Below are positions 47,001 to 61,842 of a stretch of 64,000 bases of DNA, in pieces. The position numbers and the translations under genes were made by a program. The notes below the pieces were generated by a model that saw nothing but the letters and a program-made list of their open reading frames with translations, was not told the origin of the DNA and ran no database searches. The stretch's first letter is position 1. The number at the start of each line of letters is the position of its first letter. The DNA is from the human T2T-CHM13v2.0 reference genome, Homo sapiens: the NCBI RefSeq assembly GCF_009914755.1, contig NC_060925.1; one strand, written 5' to 3'.

Positions 47001-48259
47001 CTCTCTCCTTAATATTCACTGAACTTCAGGATTCTATCCTGGACACTTCTCTTTTATGTAGTTCGGTGATCTCCTTCACCTCTGTAGCTGCAAAATGTAT
47101 CTATATGCTGATCTATAGCATCAGCCCAGATGTATGTCATGAGCTACAAACCTCTATATTCAAATGCTATTATACATTTTCACATGAAATCTCAAGCAAA
47201 TTCTGATTCACCTCTCTACTCACTGTTTATTACTCTCAAGTTCAGTGAAACTATAACTCACTAGCATGTTAAACTATCAATCTAGATATTTTCCTTATTA
47301 CTCTTTCTCCTTTATTCTCACTTGAAAGGATTTACAAAGTCTTGGTGATTCTTGAGTGTTTCATAGGTCCTTTTCCCCCAACCTTTCTTTTGGGGTATAC
47401 TCTTCCTACGTAGGACATCATCTCTGTCTGTTTTGCTTTGGTTTTGGTCTCCTGATTTTCCTGCCCCCACCTTTGCTCTTTAATAATCCATTTTCCATTT
47501 CCTGAAAGGTTGATCTAAAATTCAAATGTTTCTCCTTTAGGCCTCCCTTTAAAGACATCCCTTTAATGGATATCTAAAGCCTGTAAGATAAATCCCAGCT
47601 TCTTATTCTTCTGGGACCAAGCTAGCTATATGCAATCCTTTAGGTTGTAGCTTAAATACATCCAAGAAACCCTCTGTATCAACTCCTTTACCAGCCAACC
47701 ACCAACTCTGGAAATATAAATAAGATGATCCTGTTATGTTCTCCTTTAGCACATTCTGTATCACCTGTCATCACACTGTATTGATTGATTGTTTTTGTTT
47801 ATATCTCACACTAAATTGAGCTCATTGAGGGCAGGGAATTTTTATATGTTGGTCATATTATATCCCTAGCATGTGGCATAATGTCTAGCACAAAATAGGT
47901 GCTCAATTAATCATCATTATCTAAATAAATAATGCATTTGGGAAAAAAAAGTTTCAAAAGTTTTTCAAAAGTCTTTTGCAGGCTTGAAATTAATCCCAAT
48001 AGTGATCCTTTAGTCTGTTATGTTTCTGATTTAGCCTGGGGATTCAAAAAATAAATAACATAATTTTGATATATTTGGGCTTTGTAAACATGGTACTAAG
48101 AGAGGAAATATAGTTTCATTAGGGTAAAAGCTACTGAAAATTGCCACTTGGTGAATGTTCTATCATAGACTTGAGGTACATATAAAAATCTAATATATGT
48201 TTACATTAATATGAATGAAATTTGAAATTTTCTAAGAGATTTTTGTTTCTTCTTTGCAG

Positions 48260-48286
48260 GGCAAAGCCCAACACCTTCCCCCACTG
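48260..48286 (+). CDS. PTPRC: CD45 exon 3 (27 nt): (G)QSPTPSPT(G), N-terminus of the mature protein
   Basis: ttgcAG|GGCAAAGCCCAACACCTTCCCCCACTG|GTaaga. Translation matches the CD45 N-terminus. Confidence 0.97.
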
Positions 48287-49823
48287 GTAAGAATTAATAT
48301 TTATATTTTTACTAATTTTATTTTCTTGTTGCAAAGTTTATATATTTAACTACAATTTTCTATTATTAACACTGAAATTATTTTTAAGGATAAATTTTAT
48401 AATCATGAGTGATTCTTGACATTCACTTGTTCTTAAACTTTCTGCTTATACGTTATAGAGTTTAATAACTACCTAAACATGTTATTAAATTTGTATATAT
48501 ATTTTGTGTATAAATAGTAACTTTTCCCAAACTTGACAGTAAATCACACAACAGGTTTCTACTCTCTTTTAATATTTTAAGACTATAAAAAAATGCATTT
48601 AAATTAGATAACAAAATTTTATAGTCTGAAAGCAGGTTAACAGCTGTCTATGTATGTTATAGATATGTAGATAACAGATTTGCATATGTCTATATTTCTT
48701 TAAGAGTATGTTGCTTTTTTCAATGGTATGCAAAACCTTTGAGACTATTGAGATATTTTTAAATAATAATTTTCAAATTCTACTGAACACTTCAATAGTC
48801 CTTATAAATGTCTTAATCATGAGATAAATTTAAAACACAGAGATGCTGCAAATAAATTCATACATAGTACATACAAAATAAGAGAAAAAATTAAATTGCA
48901 GATGGTTAAATATCACATCACTTAACTGATGTTACTGAAAATGTATTTTCCTGCATAATCATATGGTTGACAGTATGCATTAAGAAGGTAAGTAAAACAA
49001 TGAAGACAATTTTGATTTAATATGGTAATGCACAATTCCAACTAACGTACATTCAACAGATCATGAAATTGGGTTATTAAAATGAATATTTTTGTCATTA
49101 AATAAAAATTCCGTCCAAATGAAGAAAACAAATAACCATGAAAATAGTAACAAAAACACTTCTGAATCTGCATAAGAACTATATTTCCTTATTTTTAAAG
49201 AAGGTCTAACACAATTTTACAGCGTTTAGCATGGCAGTGATGTTTTATAAATAAATAAAAGTCATTCTTGCATAGTAGATTGTGATTGGTTTATGCCAGC
49301 TACTCAAATGCAACTTAGTATCTCCAACTTTTACAGAAGATAGATTCATCTCAACCATACCAGATGGTTATTTTTGCAGGAAAGGGATAGGTATAAGGTA
49401 GAATGGGGAGTGATTCTTTAAAATGACACATGACTCATCACCTTATTGAGGGAGTTTCTGTTATCTCTGAATTGACTCTATTATGACAAGCCTCCAAGTG
49501 ATGAAACCAGGTAAGTTAAAACTGTTAACCAAAATGCAAAGGAAAATGGTCTCTCCCAAATATTGGCCACAACAATGTCATCAATGGAAACCAGGAGAAT
49601 TTGCAAAGTGGAGGTTCAAGAACAATGTGGAATTGGCAATTGAGTCAGGTTTTCTAATTTTAAATTCTTATTTGTGAAAGGGAATGTGAACTGAACTTAA
49701 GATGTGTGCAAAGATATGAAGGAGAGTAGTTCTCTGAAAACCTTTCTCCCTACCCCTGGGACTGAATTTGCTTGGCTAGAAGTAATCTTTAGGAATGCTA
49801 CTCATCAAAATAGCGTGGTACTA

Positions 49824-50382
49824 TGTATTAGTCTGGGTTCTCTAGAGGGACAGAACTAATAGGTTAGATGTGTATATGAGGGGTAGTTTATGTGATTGAC
49901 ACACAATCACGAGGTGAATTCCCACAATAGGCCATCTGCAAGCTGAGGAGCAAGGAAGCCAATCCAAGTCACCAAACCTCAAAAGTAGGGAAGCTGACAG
50001 TTCAGCCTTCAGTTGGTGGCCAAAGGCCCGAGAGCCCCTCACAAACCACTGGAGTAAGTCCAAGAGTCCAAAAGCTGAGGAACTTGGAGTCTGATGTTCA
50101 AGAGCAGGAAGCAGCCAGCACGAGAGAAAGATGAAGACCAGAAGACTCAGCAAGCTCACTTCTCCTACCTTCTTGTGCCTGCTTTTTCTAGCCGTGCTGG
50201 CAGTTGCTTGGATGATGCCCACTCATATTGGGTGGGGGTGGGGGGGTTGGGGAGGGTCTGCCTCCCCCAGTCCACTGACTCAAATGTTAATCTCCCTTGG
50301 CAATACGCTCACAGGCACACCCAGGAACAATACTTTGCATCCTTCAATCCAATCAAGTTGACACTCAATATTAACCATCAAA
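49824..50382 (-). mobile_element. MLT2A (HERV-L) solo LTR, probably MLT2A2
   Basis: Minus strand begins (TG)TGATGGTTAATATTGAGTGTCAACTTGATTGGATTGAAGG and ends ...AGAACCCAGACTAATACA. 5-bp TSD tacta at 49819-49823 and 50383-50387. Confidence 0.9.
49931..50094 (+). CDS. PTPRC: Alternative terminal exon coding part inside the MLT2A LTR: (G)HLQAEEQGSQSKSPNLKSREADSSAFSWWPKAREPLTNHWSKSKSPKAEELGV*
   Basis: Acceptor cccacaatAG at 49929-49930, in phase with exon 3 and open to TGA at 50092-50094. Matches my recollection of an annotated short PTPRC isoform. Candidate AATAAA at 51062-51067. Confidence 0.7.
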
Positions 50383-50616
50383 TACTATTATAAGGAGAAT
50401 GTTGCATGATTTTCCTTCTAGTCTGTTTGTAATTCACATCTAATGAAAGAGTGAGAGTGGACGATAAAGGGAACTTGTTGAAACATTTCTCTCAAAGCAA
50501 AAGGGATCATTGGAAGCAGGCAGACACCAGAATTGGTTTAACCTAAAAATAACAAATTAATAATTATCAAGTCTATAATGATGACAGTGACTTAATGTGA
50601 ATAGAAAGAATTCTAA

Positions 50617-50730
50617 ACTCTCTCCTTCCTTCCTCCCTCCCTTCTTTCCTACTTTCTTTCCACTCCCTTTCTCCCACCCCCTTTTCTTTTCCTTTCTTTT
50701 CTCCCACCCTCTCTCCCTCCCTTTCTTTTA
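50617..50730 (+). repeat. Polypyrimidine (CT-rich) low-complexity tract
   Basis: Near-pure C/T with repeated tttctcccaccc. Confidence 0.85.
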
Positions 50731-51791
50731 TTCAATGCATAGTAGTTGAAAAAATCTAAAGTTAGACCTGATTTTACACTGAAGACTAGAGGTAGTTACT
50801 ATCCTATTACTGTACTTAGTTGGCTATGCTGGCATGTCATTATGGGTAAAAGTTTGATGGATTTATTTGTGAGTTATTTGGTTATGAAAATCTAGAGATT
50901 GAAGTTTTTCATTAGAAAATAACACACATAACAAGTCTATGATCATTTTGCATTTCTGTAATCACAGAATAGTTCTGCAATATTTCATGTATATTGGAAT
51001 TGAAGTTCAATTGAATTTTATCTGTATTTAGTAAAAATTAACTTTAGCTTTGATACTAATGAATAAAGCTGGGTTTTTTATTTATCATACTATTTCCATT
51101 TTCTTCTCTAGTAATATTGCAATTTTCATTCTTAACTCTTTCCTGTCCTATCATTTCTACTCCTTTTCTAGTTTCTCTCATTCTCTCCCTTTTTCCATAT
51201 TTGTGCCATTGTCTTTTGCCCAATCTTGTTGAACTGATTTAATTATTTTTTGTTGTGTGATATAGTTCAGTTTTTACCTAATTAAATATTTAAATTTTTT
51301 TTTTTGCTTTTCAAAAAGTAAATATATGTTAAGCAAAAAAAAAAAAAAAATTAAATACATCTTTATAATTCCAACCTCCAGAGATCACATGAGCTTTTTT
51401 TTTTTTAACACATTTGGTATATTTTTCTATTCTTTTATTAAGAAAATCACTTTTTTCAGTAAAAGAGCATTAAAAAAACTTTAAAGGACTTTAATCAACA
51501 GTGCTGATTTGCCCTGCAGAATTTTTTTTACCATTGTACACTCATGTCAACTGTGCATAAACTTATTTCACTACTACTTTGTCACATATTTTCCTCTTCT
51601 TAAAGTAAACTTGAGCTGTGGATATTATTTCAGTATTTTAAATTGTATCTCTTTGTTATCATGACGTCAAAGACATTTTTGTAGACTTTGGTTGTTTGTA
51701 AACCTAGTTGTGAGTTTTGTTTTTCAGTCCTTTACACACATTTTCATTGCTTTGTTTGCTTTTAATTTATTTTTTAAAAAATCCATGAATA

Positions 51792-52226
<435 letters not shown>

Positions 52227-52618
52227 CTACAACTTTTTAATTTTTTTAATCATCTTTACCATTATGCTTCATCCTTCTGAACTCAATTGCTTTGGATAGG
52301 CGAGAAGCTGCTTTCAATTTCATTTCCCCATTTTTATCTTTAGCTAATGTTCTGTAGCTTGTTTTAGATCTGTGTCTACATATTATATGTATCTCTGTAT
52401 GCATCAATATTTGTATATATGCATGCATATATGTGTATGTATATTTATGAATACATATACACACCATATACATACACTTATGTATGGTGTGTGCATATGT
52501 ATGTGTAGATATATGTACATACACACTATAGTGGACTGGGGAGTTAGTATACTGGGAGGAGCATACATTTAGGGTATGATTCACATATTTATTTTGTCCT
52601 TCTCCCATTTTCCATTAA

Positions 52619-52903
<285 letters not shown>

Positions 52904-55458
52904 TAAATTATTTGCACAGTTTCTAAGTATGTGATTTTATTCAAGTGCAGAAATTGCAGGAAATTAGTATCTGTGAAATATAGATCGACTGAAGTAATTA
53001 ATGCATGTTGTTAGGGAGTGGAGAGAGAAAAGAAGGGAAGCAAGATCTCCAAGGACAATCAGGAGGGGAAATTTGTTCTAGTATCCTCTGATCTATACAC
53101 ACTCGCCATGATTCTCCCGCTTGGCTTCCCGCCACCTGGACAGATGAGAATTTCCCTAGTTCAGAGATTATCAGTTCTACTCTCCTTGGAAGGTGTCTTA
53201 AATGGGAGTCTTCCCATTTCTTTGTTTCACTCTAGATTCTCTTTATCCAAAAATTGTTGAAGATAGAGAATGTATTATTTTTAAATCCACTCTGAGAATC
53301 GACAACCCAATTTTGTTATTTGAGTTTCTTTTAAGAGCATTTGCATCATTGAAAACATTTTTAATTAAGGTTGTGAGTTCTACTGGTAAATTAAAGGCAA
53401 TGTAGCCATGTTCCCGGGAAAAATCAGATTGATGCAAGAGATATTTTTGCCAAGGAGGGGCACTATGCTCCTTAGAATACTGATATATGTATATGCTCAT
53501 TTAATGTTTAGCAATAGGTCTGCCAGTGTATTCAGACTCAGATTTACCATCAGTAGAGTGTTCATGCTTTTCTGAAATAATGTGTTATGTTGACTTTTTT
53601 GTGGGCAAACAGGTTTATAGACATACTCTGATAAAAGATACTAAGCTATTTGAACTGTTTAACAATGCCATTTATCTTCGTTTGAAAAACAAGCATATAT
53701 AATACCATCACAGAAATTTTGTTTAGGGTACATCAAAGTATTTTGAGTACCTTACTGATGAAGTTTATTGGATATAGTAAGCAGTTAAATAAATGGTCAG
53801 TGCCTTCCTACAGCAAGTACAAGACTGTGTATTTAATCTTCCATTTGTTTCCCTGTCACCATAGCAGAGTAGTAACTAGGACCTGTCTAAACACTGTAAA
53901 AATTTGAACACATTGCCCAAAATTTTTACAAAAGGAATGCAAGGATGAAGGTGCTGATGACTAGGTGGAACATCTCATGCTATTTTATTATTTTGTTTAT
54001 TGCCTGAGTAGTGTCACATTGAGTTTTCCTTTTGAAGGTTCTGTATTTCACGTCACATGCACAAATAAAAACATGCAACATTCTTTTCATTCCCACATTT
54101 TTAAAACCTAAAACCACTTAAGCCATAAATTTACAGGTAGAGCAAAGTATGAGAAAGGTTTAAAGTTGAATAGATTGAAAATAAGGATGAATAATTTTAA
54201 AATACTGATTTGTTCTAGCAAAATAATACTGATGTTGAAATTACCTTGAAAAGTTCATGCTTTCAAATAAAAACACACTTTCTTTTCTAGAAAATAATCT
54301 TTTCATCAGGTGATACTTCAATTATCTATTGGAATAAAGTCTATATGAGTTATTTAATTTATGATTATGATTGATTTATACTGCTGAATGCAGTCAATTT
54401 TTTTCATTTACTGATATAATTGGGGGAAAATCCTTTAATCTGCATTTCTAAGAATATTATTACACACTATTCAAAATTGTTCATTTTTGAAAATGGCTAC
54501 AATGACCATCCATGTGCATAACATTAAATTTAATTATGTAATTTTATTTTATAAAGATAGTTTATGACTATTTCAAAGCATTTTCAATATAGATGGGTAT
54601 GTGTGTATATATATATTTGTATATACTGTTAAGTATATATAAAGTATATGTATGTGTTGTGTGTATATATTTTAATCCTATGTATACATACATATACATA
54701 TATACATATAGGATTAAAGTATATAAAATGTATACTTTATATGTACTTAAAAGACACACAATGAAAATACCCTTTAAATTCTGTTCCTTAAAGATACCTT
54801 TTTAACCATTGTTGTATATCCTCCAGGCTCTCAACATATGATTTTGTGAGTATGCAAGAGACCGTGTATGTAAGCATGGACATGTGAGATTGTTTCCACA
54901 TGTTTTCAAACACTAGATATTATCAACCTTTTAAAACTCTGCCAGTATGCTAGTTAGAAATATTTCATGTTGATTTACATTTAAAAAATTGTTCTTAACA
55001 CTGAACACTTTTTCATATACCTTTTGGCCCTTCTGTATATTAGGTAGATGTCTGTCACATCTCTTGTCCATTTTTAAATTTCTTCTTTTCTTTGTAATTT
55101 GTAAGAGATACTAGTACATTGGAAGATTCCTTTCTTATTCTCCCTACAAAGAAATGTCCCATCTGTCAGTTTGTAGAGTTGATGGAGAATTCAGAAAGCT
55201 CATAGTGATGTGAAAGTCAATAAAGCCACCTGGAAACACGAATTCTCTATGGCTGCATCCAGCTCAGGAAACCTCCCAAGGCTATGTAAATAGAGGACTC
55301 AGGTGCCTGTCACTTTCCAGCCAAGCAAATTTAAATACTGACAGACACATTTTAACAGATTCAGTTACTTCACAGTTTGGTAAACTATAATCGCAATTTG
55401 CTCCTTATAACCTCTTAGTAAATTATTCATCTCCAGTGGGGGAAGACTGATGTAATGA

Positions 55459-55632
<174 letters not shown>

Positions 55633-58260
55633 TAGACTTGTGCAAATATGAAAAGTACATGACGACTACCTGTATTTAAGAATGGTGTGAGGAAATCTAA
55701 CCACTTATTCAATGTGCAGCTATTGCTAGTTGATGAATTTGGAATTTCAGTCACTCTTAGGAATATGAAACCACAGAACAAATGTCCTTTTAACAGAGAT
55801 GAAATAATAGTGAGAATTGTGAGACTACAGCAAAAATCTGCTCAGGAGGAAAGAGTTATTCAGAATAGTCTATTTTTTATATATTTCAGGCAATTACCAT
55901 TCTACAGGGAAAACTTTTTGTTAGAAGTAAGAAATAATATGCATAAATCTTTACTTAAAGACTTTGTACCAACAAACAAAAGGGTGAAGAGTGATTCCTA
56001 TTATCAGTGAAGGGCAGTGAGAAATTGTAACCACAATGAAACTGTTATTTAAAGAATGAGAAAAAAAGAAAGGAATGGGTTTATTTCCCATTCAAACATT
56101 AAGAATCTTTCAGGATGGCATCTCTGTGTTTATAACAACAATGCAGAATATTTCCTCCCTTTTCTTTTCAAAATTAGTGTCCAAATCACTTCTTGGTGTC
56201 CTTTTATATGCAAGAAAAACAAGTATGTCTTTTGTCAGATCACAAATCCACACAGTCTCGTATATAATTTCAGTGATCTGAGTGCTTGAAAGTTAAAGAT
56301 ATAAATGGTAGACCTATGTAGCTGGTAGGAACATGGTCTTGCTTTAGGTAGGAATCAAACACATCAAATAGAATAATTATTATTTTGCAGTATTAAAACT
56401 GTGCCCTTGGCATAAAAATCATTCCAGGCAATCCACACTCTTTAAACAAGTGGGAGAAGAGCCGCCCTCACCTTCCTCATTCCATCTAGTCCAGCTGCCA
56501 TGGGAACCACAATAAAAATATTTGGAGCTTTTAGCAAACCCACAGATCCAGAAATAGTGGAGGGGCAGAAACTGTAAAACAACAAAAGGGGACTGACCCC
56601 TGGGGCTGGTTGTCACACAGACTAGTCTGCTCTGTCCTGATCAAAGAATTCTTCTTCTCAAAGAAGTGGCTAATTCCACTGATGAAAAATCTATTAGGAT
56701 TAATCAACCTAATTAAAATTGTAAATGCCGTCCATAACCACCACTGAGAGTACCTACATAACAAGGGAAACGAAGTTTTCAAGTGAGGAGGAGGGAAGGT
56801 AGGAAGTTTCGGGAGGTTGAGAGTGGAAGCCTCAAAACAGCTTGGGAGCAGGGTCTGCTAGAGAGGGGAGAACAGATCAAGTGAGTGAGAGGAGTGTGGA
56901 AAAGAAGGTGGAAAAAAGCTGATTTCAAAACTCTGCAGAGGGCCAGTTCTATGTCTGAATGAGTTTTTTAAAGGATGAATAAATGAGCTTTCCTCACTCT
57001 TCTACATATTCTGCTGGAGCCCTCCTCTGGGGATCCAGAGTGGAAAACCTCATGTTTATGTTGTTTATTCTATTCTATGGTTTAGTTAAATTTCGTGGTT
57101 TAGTGGCTTTTGAAGACTGAGCTGAGAACCCATGCTCAATTATTTGGAAGATGCATTTTCAATTCTAATGGAATGTATGTGTGAAATTATAGACTGTACT
57201 GCATTTGTAATTGGTAGACACCTGCAAGCTCAAATCAAAGCCATGTTCAGAACGTGCATGCATGTATCACTGCAGAAATACAGACTCTGCCTGCAAATGT
57301 GAGACTAATCTCACATCATTGAACTGATGACCCCAGGGATCTTGACAGAAAATAACCCAACAAGCTCTTGAATAGAGGGCAGCTCATATTTCTTTTGCTT
57401 TTTCCATGGCAACTAGCATAGTGCTAGTCATCTAGTAGGAACCAAATGAATATACATTGATTGCCTGTGCTGTAATTCTGGATGTGATGTTGGGCAAAGG
57501 TGTAAAATACATTAGGTAATTTGAAGCCTGAAAATGGAAAGTTCTAACCTAGTACAATGTGCAGTTTCTTTGGCTACAACACTAGATTCTATACCAATTA
57601 GCAACTATGTGATTGAAAAATAAGAGAATGATGCCACTGTAATGTGGAGTTTGTTGGATTTCAAGCCAATTTGATTTTTCCTGGCCAGGGAAGCCTGAAT
57701 TGTGAAAGTAGAATTGTAACCTTCAGCTGGAAAGGAAGAAAAAGAAAACCTTTGAGCTCATGCTGTGGCCCAGGCAGGATCCCATTCAGCTCTATTTTAA
57801 GAAAATTAAAACTGAGCACCTGCACCCAGGGATCCCTCCCCAGAGAGGTGTGTGCCTGCAAGGCTCTCAGCATGTATCAAGTTGCACTTCCTCCTGTGCC
57901 AACCTTTTACACTCAGAGCTCTACCTCCATCTACATGGTCTCAGCACCACTAAGACAGCACCAGTCTCTACTGCTTTGATGCATTTTTTATATTGCCTAA
58001 GGCAGCCTGCAGCCCAGAGTCTTAGGCTTCTTGGGCTGTCCAAACTATATATTTTTTTAAGTTGTGCTCTGATTATGAAGCTGCATAGGTTTCCAGTTGT
58101 CTGCCCCTAAATGCATCTTTCCCATAAGCCCTGGTATTTTTGGTACAGTTCTGTAGAATGCATGTGTCGTGGTATAGCAGAAGTGCTTGAAGATTTGTTT
58201 CTCTGCCTTATCTTTAGTAATTGTGTTTATGTTGGCTATCTGGCTATTGCCCTTGCGTGA

Positions 58261-58461
<201 letters not shown>

Positions 58462-59165
58462 TAGTAGTGTCTTCAGTTATAGATAATGAAATGGAAACTC
58501 AAAACTTTAATGTAGCTCTTTTATTTTGTGCCAGATATTATTTGTAGGTTTCCCATTTTACAAATGTTCACGTATCAACACCAAATTATGCAAAAGAAAC
58601 TTGCCAGTAAGCTTTTTCTGGGCATATTTTATTTTACTATTAATATTATAAAAGTCCATGGCAAAGAAGAATCAATAATAGGCCTTAATGTCATATAGCT
58701 CTGGGATCAAATCCAATTTCTTCAACTTCGTAGCTGATTACAGGGCAAATTACTAATACTTTCTGCATATCAGATTTGCTTTCTGTAAAAATGGACATAA
58801 TAACACTCCTTTTTTAATTATGTCAAAATAATTAACGTGATGTCTGAATATGTAAAAATCTGGTATGTAATAAATATTTTAAAAGAGTAATTGTGACGCT
58901 TATTAGAATCCAAGTATGGAAAGCCGTGAATGAAAGGGAAATGAATAGTCTGAGGAAGATTGCATATCATCAACTAAGAATTATATCAAGGAATGAATAG
59001 TTTTCCCTCAATTTATACAATGTTTAGTTTAAATAACTTGAAATAAATCTTTGATTCACTTTATTATTTTAAAAACAAGCGAATGTCAAATCAAACGAGG
59101 ACTCCTAGAGCAAAGATGCCAATAGGAAATTATCTTTGCTAAAGAGTTTTTCTTTCACCTTTTAA

Positions 59166-59333
<168 letters not shown>

Positions 59334-60385
59334 TGATGTGCTCTCACAAGGGCCTTCCACCCACTCTACCTCGGGCTCCTTTCTTTAAGTTGCATTAAGT
59401 GTTTGAATCCTGAGGGTGATGGAACAGCAGGAAGATATTTCTCTGCTTAGCAGTGCAACAGCTGATGAGATCAGGATGTAATTGTTACTGTCATAATTCA
59501 TCAGAAAGCATGTGTGAGAAACAACCACATCTACTAGAACTTTTTCTCACAGGGGTTTAGGTCTTAGTAAGGAAAAGAACAAGCCCATCAAAGGGGCTGT
59601 CCATTGCAAGTGGTGAGCATCAGACGGCTGATGGCAGAGTTCCCGTTAAGCAGTGAGAGGGCGTGGAGATAAAGGAAAGAGAAACTGAGGAATGGCTGCA
59701 GCAATGGTGGTATCTGTGAATCAGCAAGTAAGCTGATCAGAGCTTGCAAGCCCACAATTCTCCTCAAATTCTTCCAACCCAAAATCAAGATGAGCAGAGA
59801 TCTCTTAGCTTACACAAAGCACATGTTCTCCCAATTATTCAACTTAAATGCCTACACTCACACAAGATACTGCTAAATTTGTTGACAGAGCAATTTGTTA
59901 CCCTGGATCTAGTAGATGTGCAAAGAGCTTACAAAAGTTAATCTAGAGAATGAAGCAGTCTTTGCATTTTCTCTGACTTTTTTTTATGTAAATGAAAAGT
60001 ATAAACTTCGTACTATGGGGGTTATAATTATATAAATTAACATTGAGATTAATCAAAATATGAAGACCTTTAAAATATTTTTGGCTGTGTGAATCTTCAG
60101 CCATGTTGCCATACCGCCAATTAGATGCGTACCTAAAAGTCTTAATATTGTTAATTGTATTTATTGGGTATATTTATGAAAAATTTTATAGAATTAGCTC
60201 ATTCCTTTATAATGCTTTAAGTTTTGAAATGAAAACCTGTACTAGGCAAATCCTTCATATTCTGTTAAATCTAACTAGATAGACTTTATGAAGTAGAAGT
60301 ATTGTAAATCAGCTTTCCCAAAAATGACATGGCAGATATTCTAAAGCAAAATTTTAATAATTTACATTTTTTTTCTCCATTACAG

Positions 60386-60412
60386 CTACTACTCCATCTA
60401 AGCCAACATGTG
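60386..60412 (+). CDS. PTPRC: CD45 exon 8, 27 nt, ATTPSKPTC
   Basis: ttacAG|CTACTACTCCATCTAAGCCAACATGTG|GTaagt. Confidence 0.96.
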
Positions 60413-60564
60413 GTAAGTTTATTTACTTAGAATCAGCATACCTCACTTTGGAATAGCACTTTAATTACATCTTTCTTTATTCCAAGCTTTCAGGACCCAC
60501 TAGTAAGCTAAACTCACTGGCTCTAATTTCTCACCGATGACTAGTCTCAAATTAGTAAAAAATT

Positions 60565-60785
60565 ACTAGCTACACATGGACATAGAGTTGGGAATGATAG
60601 ACACTGGGAAATACAAGAGCGATGATGGAGGGAGGAAGACAAGGGTTGGGAAACTACCTATATTGGGAACTGTGCCTACTTGCTGGGCGTCGAATTCAAT
60701 TTTACTGCAAACCTCAGCATCCTGCAATATACCTTTGTAACAAACTTGCACATATAACCCTGGAATCCAAAATAAAAGTTGAAAA
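60565..60785 (+). mobile_element. L1PB/L1MA 3' end, sense, in intron 8
   Basis: acatggacatagag...aaacctcagcatcctgcaatatacc...aacaaacttgcacatataaccctggaatccaaaataaaagttgaaaa. Confidence 0.8.
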
Positions 60786-61304
60786 CTAAGTTTTCCAGTT
60801 AGACAACTTTGGTAAAGCCACTTAATTTAATTTAGGTATTTGAAAAAAAAATGGAATAACAGCAAGTTTGTTGGTGAGGGGGAGGGGGACAAGGATTCAG
60901 TGTGATGATAAATATAAAATGTGGATAATACCTTCAAAGCTTATCAAGAAGAAAAATCTCTCTTTTTCTCTCTCTTTCTGTCTTGCTTGTTAGGGGCTGG
61001 CTCAAAGCAGATACTTGAAAACAGTTTGTCTCTCTTTTTTTTTTTCTCATTTTCTTCCTTGATTCTCAGTTGAAGCAAAGCGGTTCTTCATGGTCAGGGC
61101 TTATTCCTCCATTCATTTCTAAGTCTAACCACTGGAGTCACTGCCTTCAGTAGCTTTCCATACATTTAGTGTAAAGAGTGGCCTTCATATGTCTGTTTAA
61201 TTAATATGATCTTTTGTAATCCGGTTGTCATTCATCTCTCCTCCCGCCTCTTGAATCATTGCCTCCTTATGTTCTTCACTTAAGTAATATGGAACCACTT
61301 TCAG

Positions 61305-61842
<538 letters not shown>

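Noticed and set aside
49842-50393. 126-, 99- and 76-aa ORFs in intron 3
   Set aside because: They lie within the MLT2A LTR. Only the frame spliced to exon 3 has support.
53449-53465. CTCF-like GCCAAGGAGGGGCAC, and the partial CCAGGTGGCGG at 53129-53139
   Set aside because: Several core positions mismatch, so the match is too weak without ChIP data.
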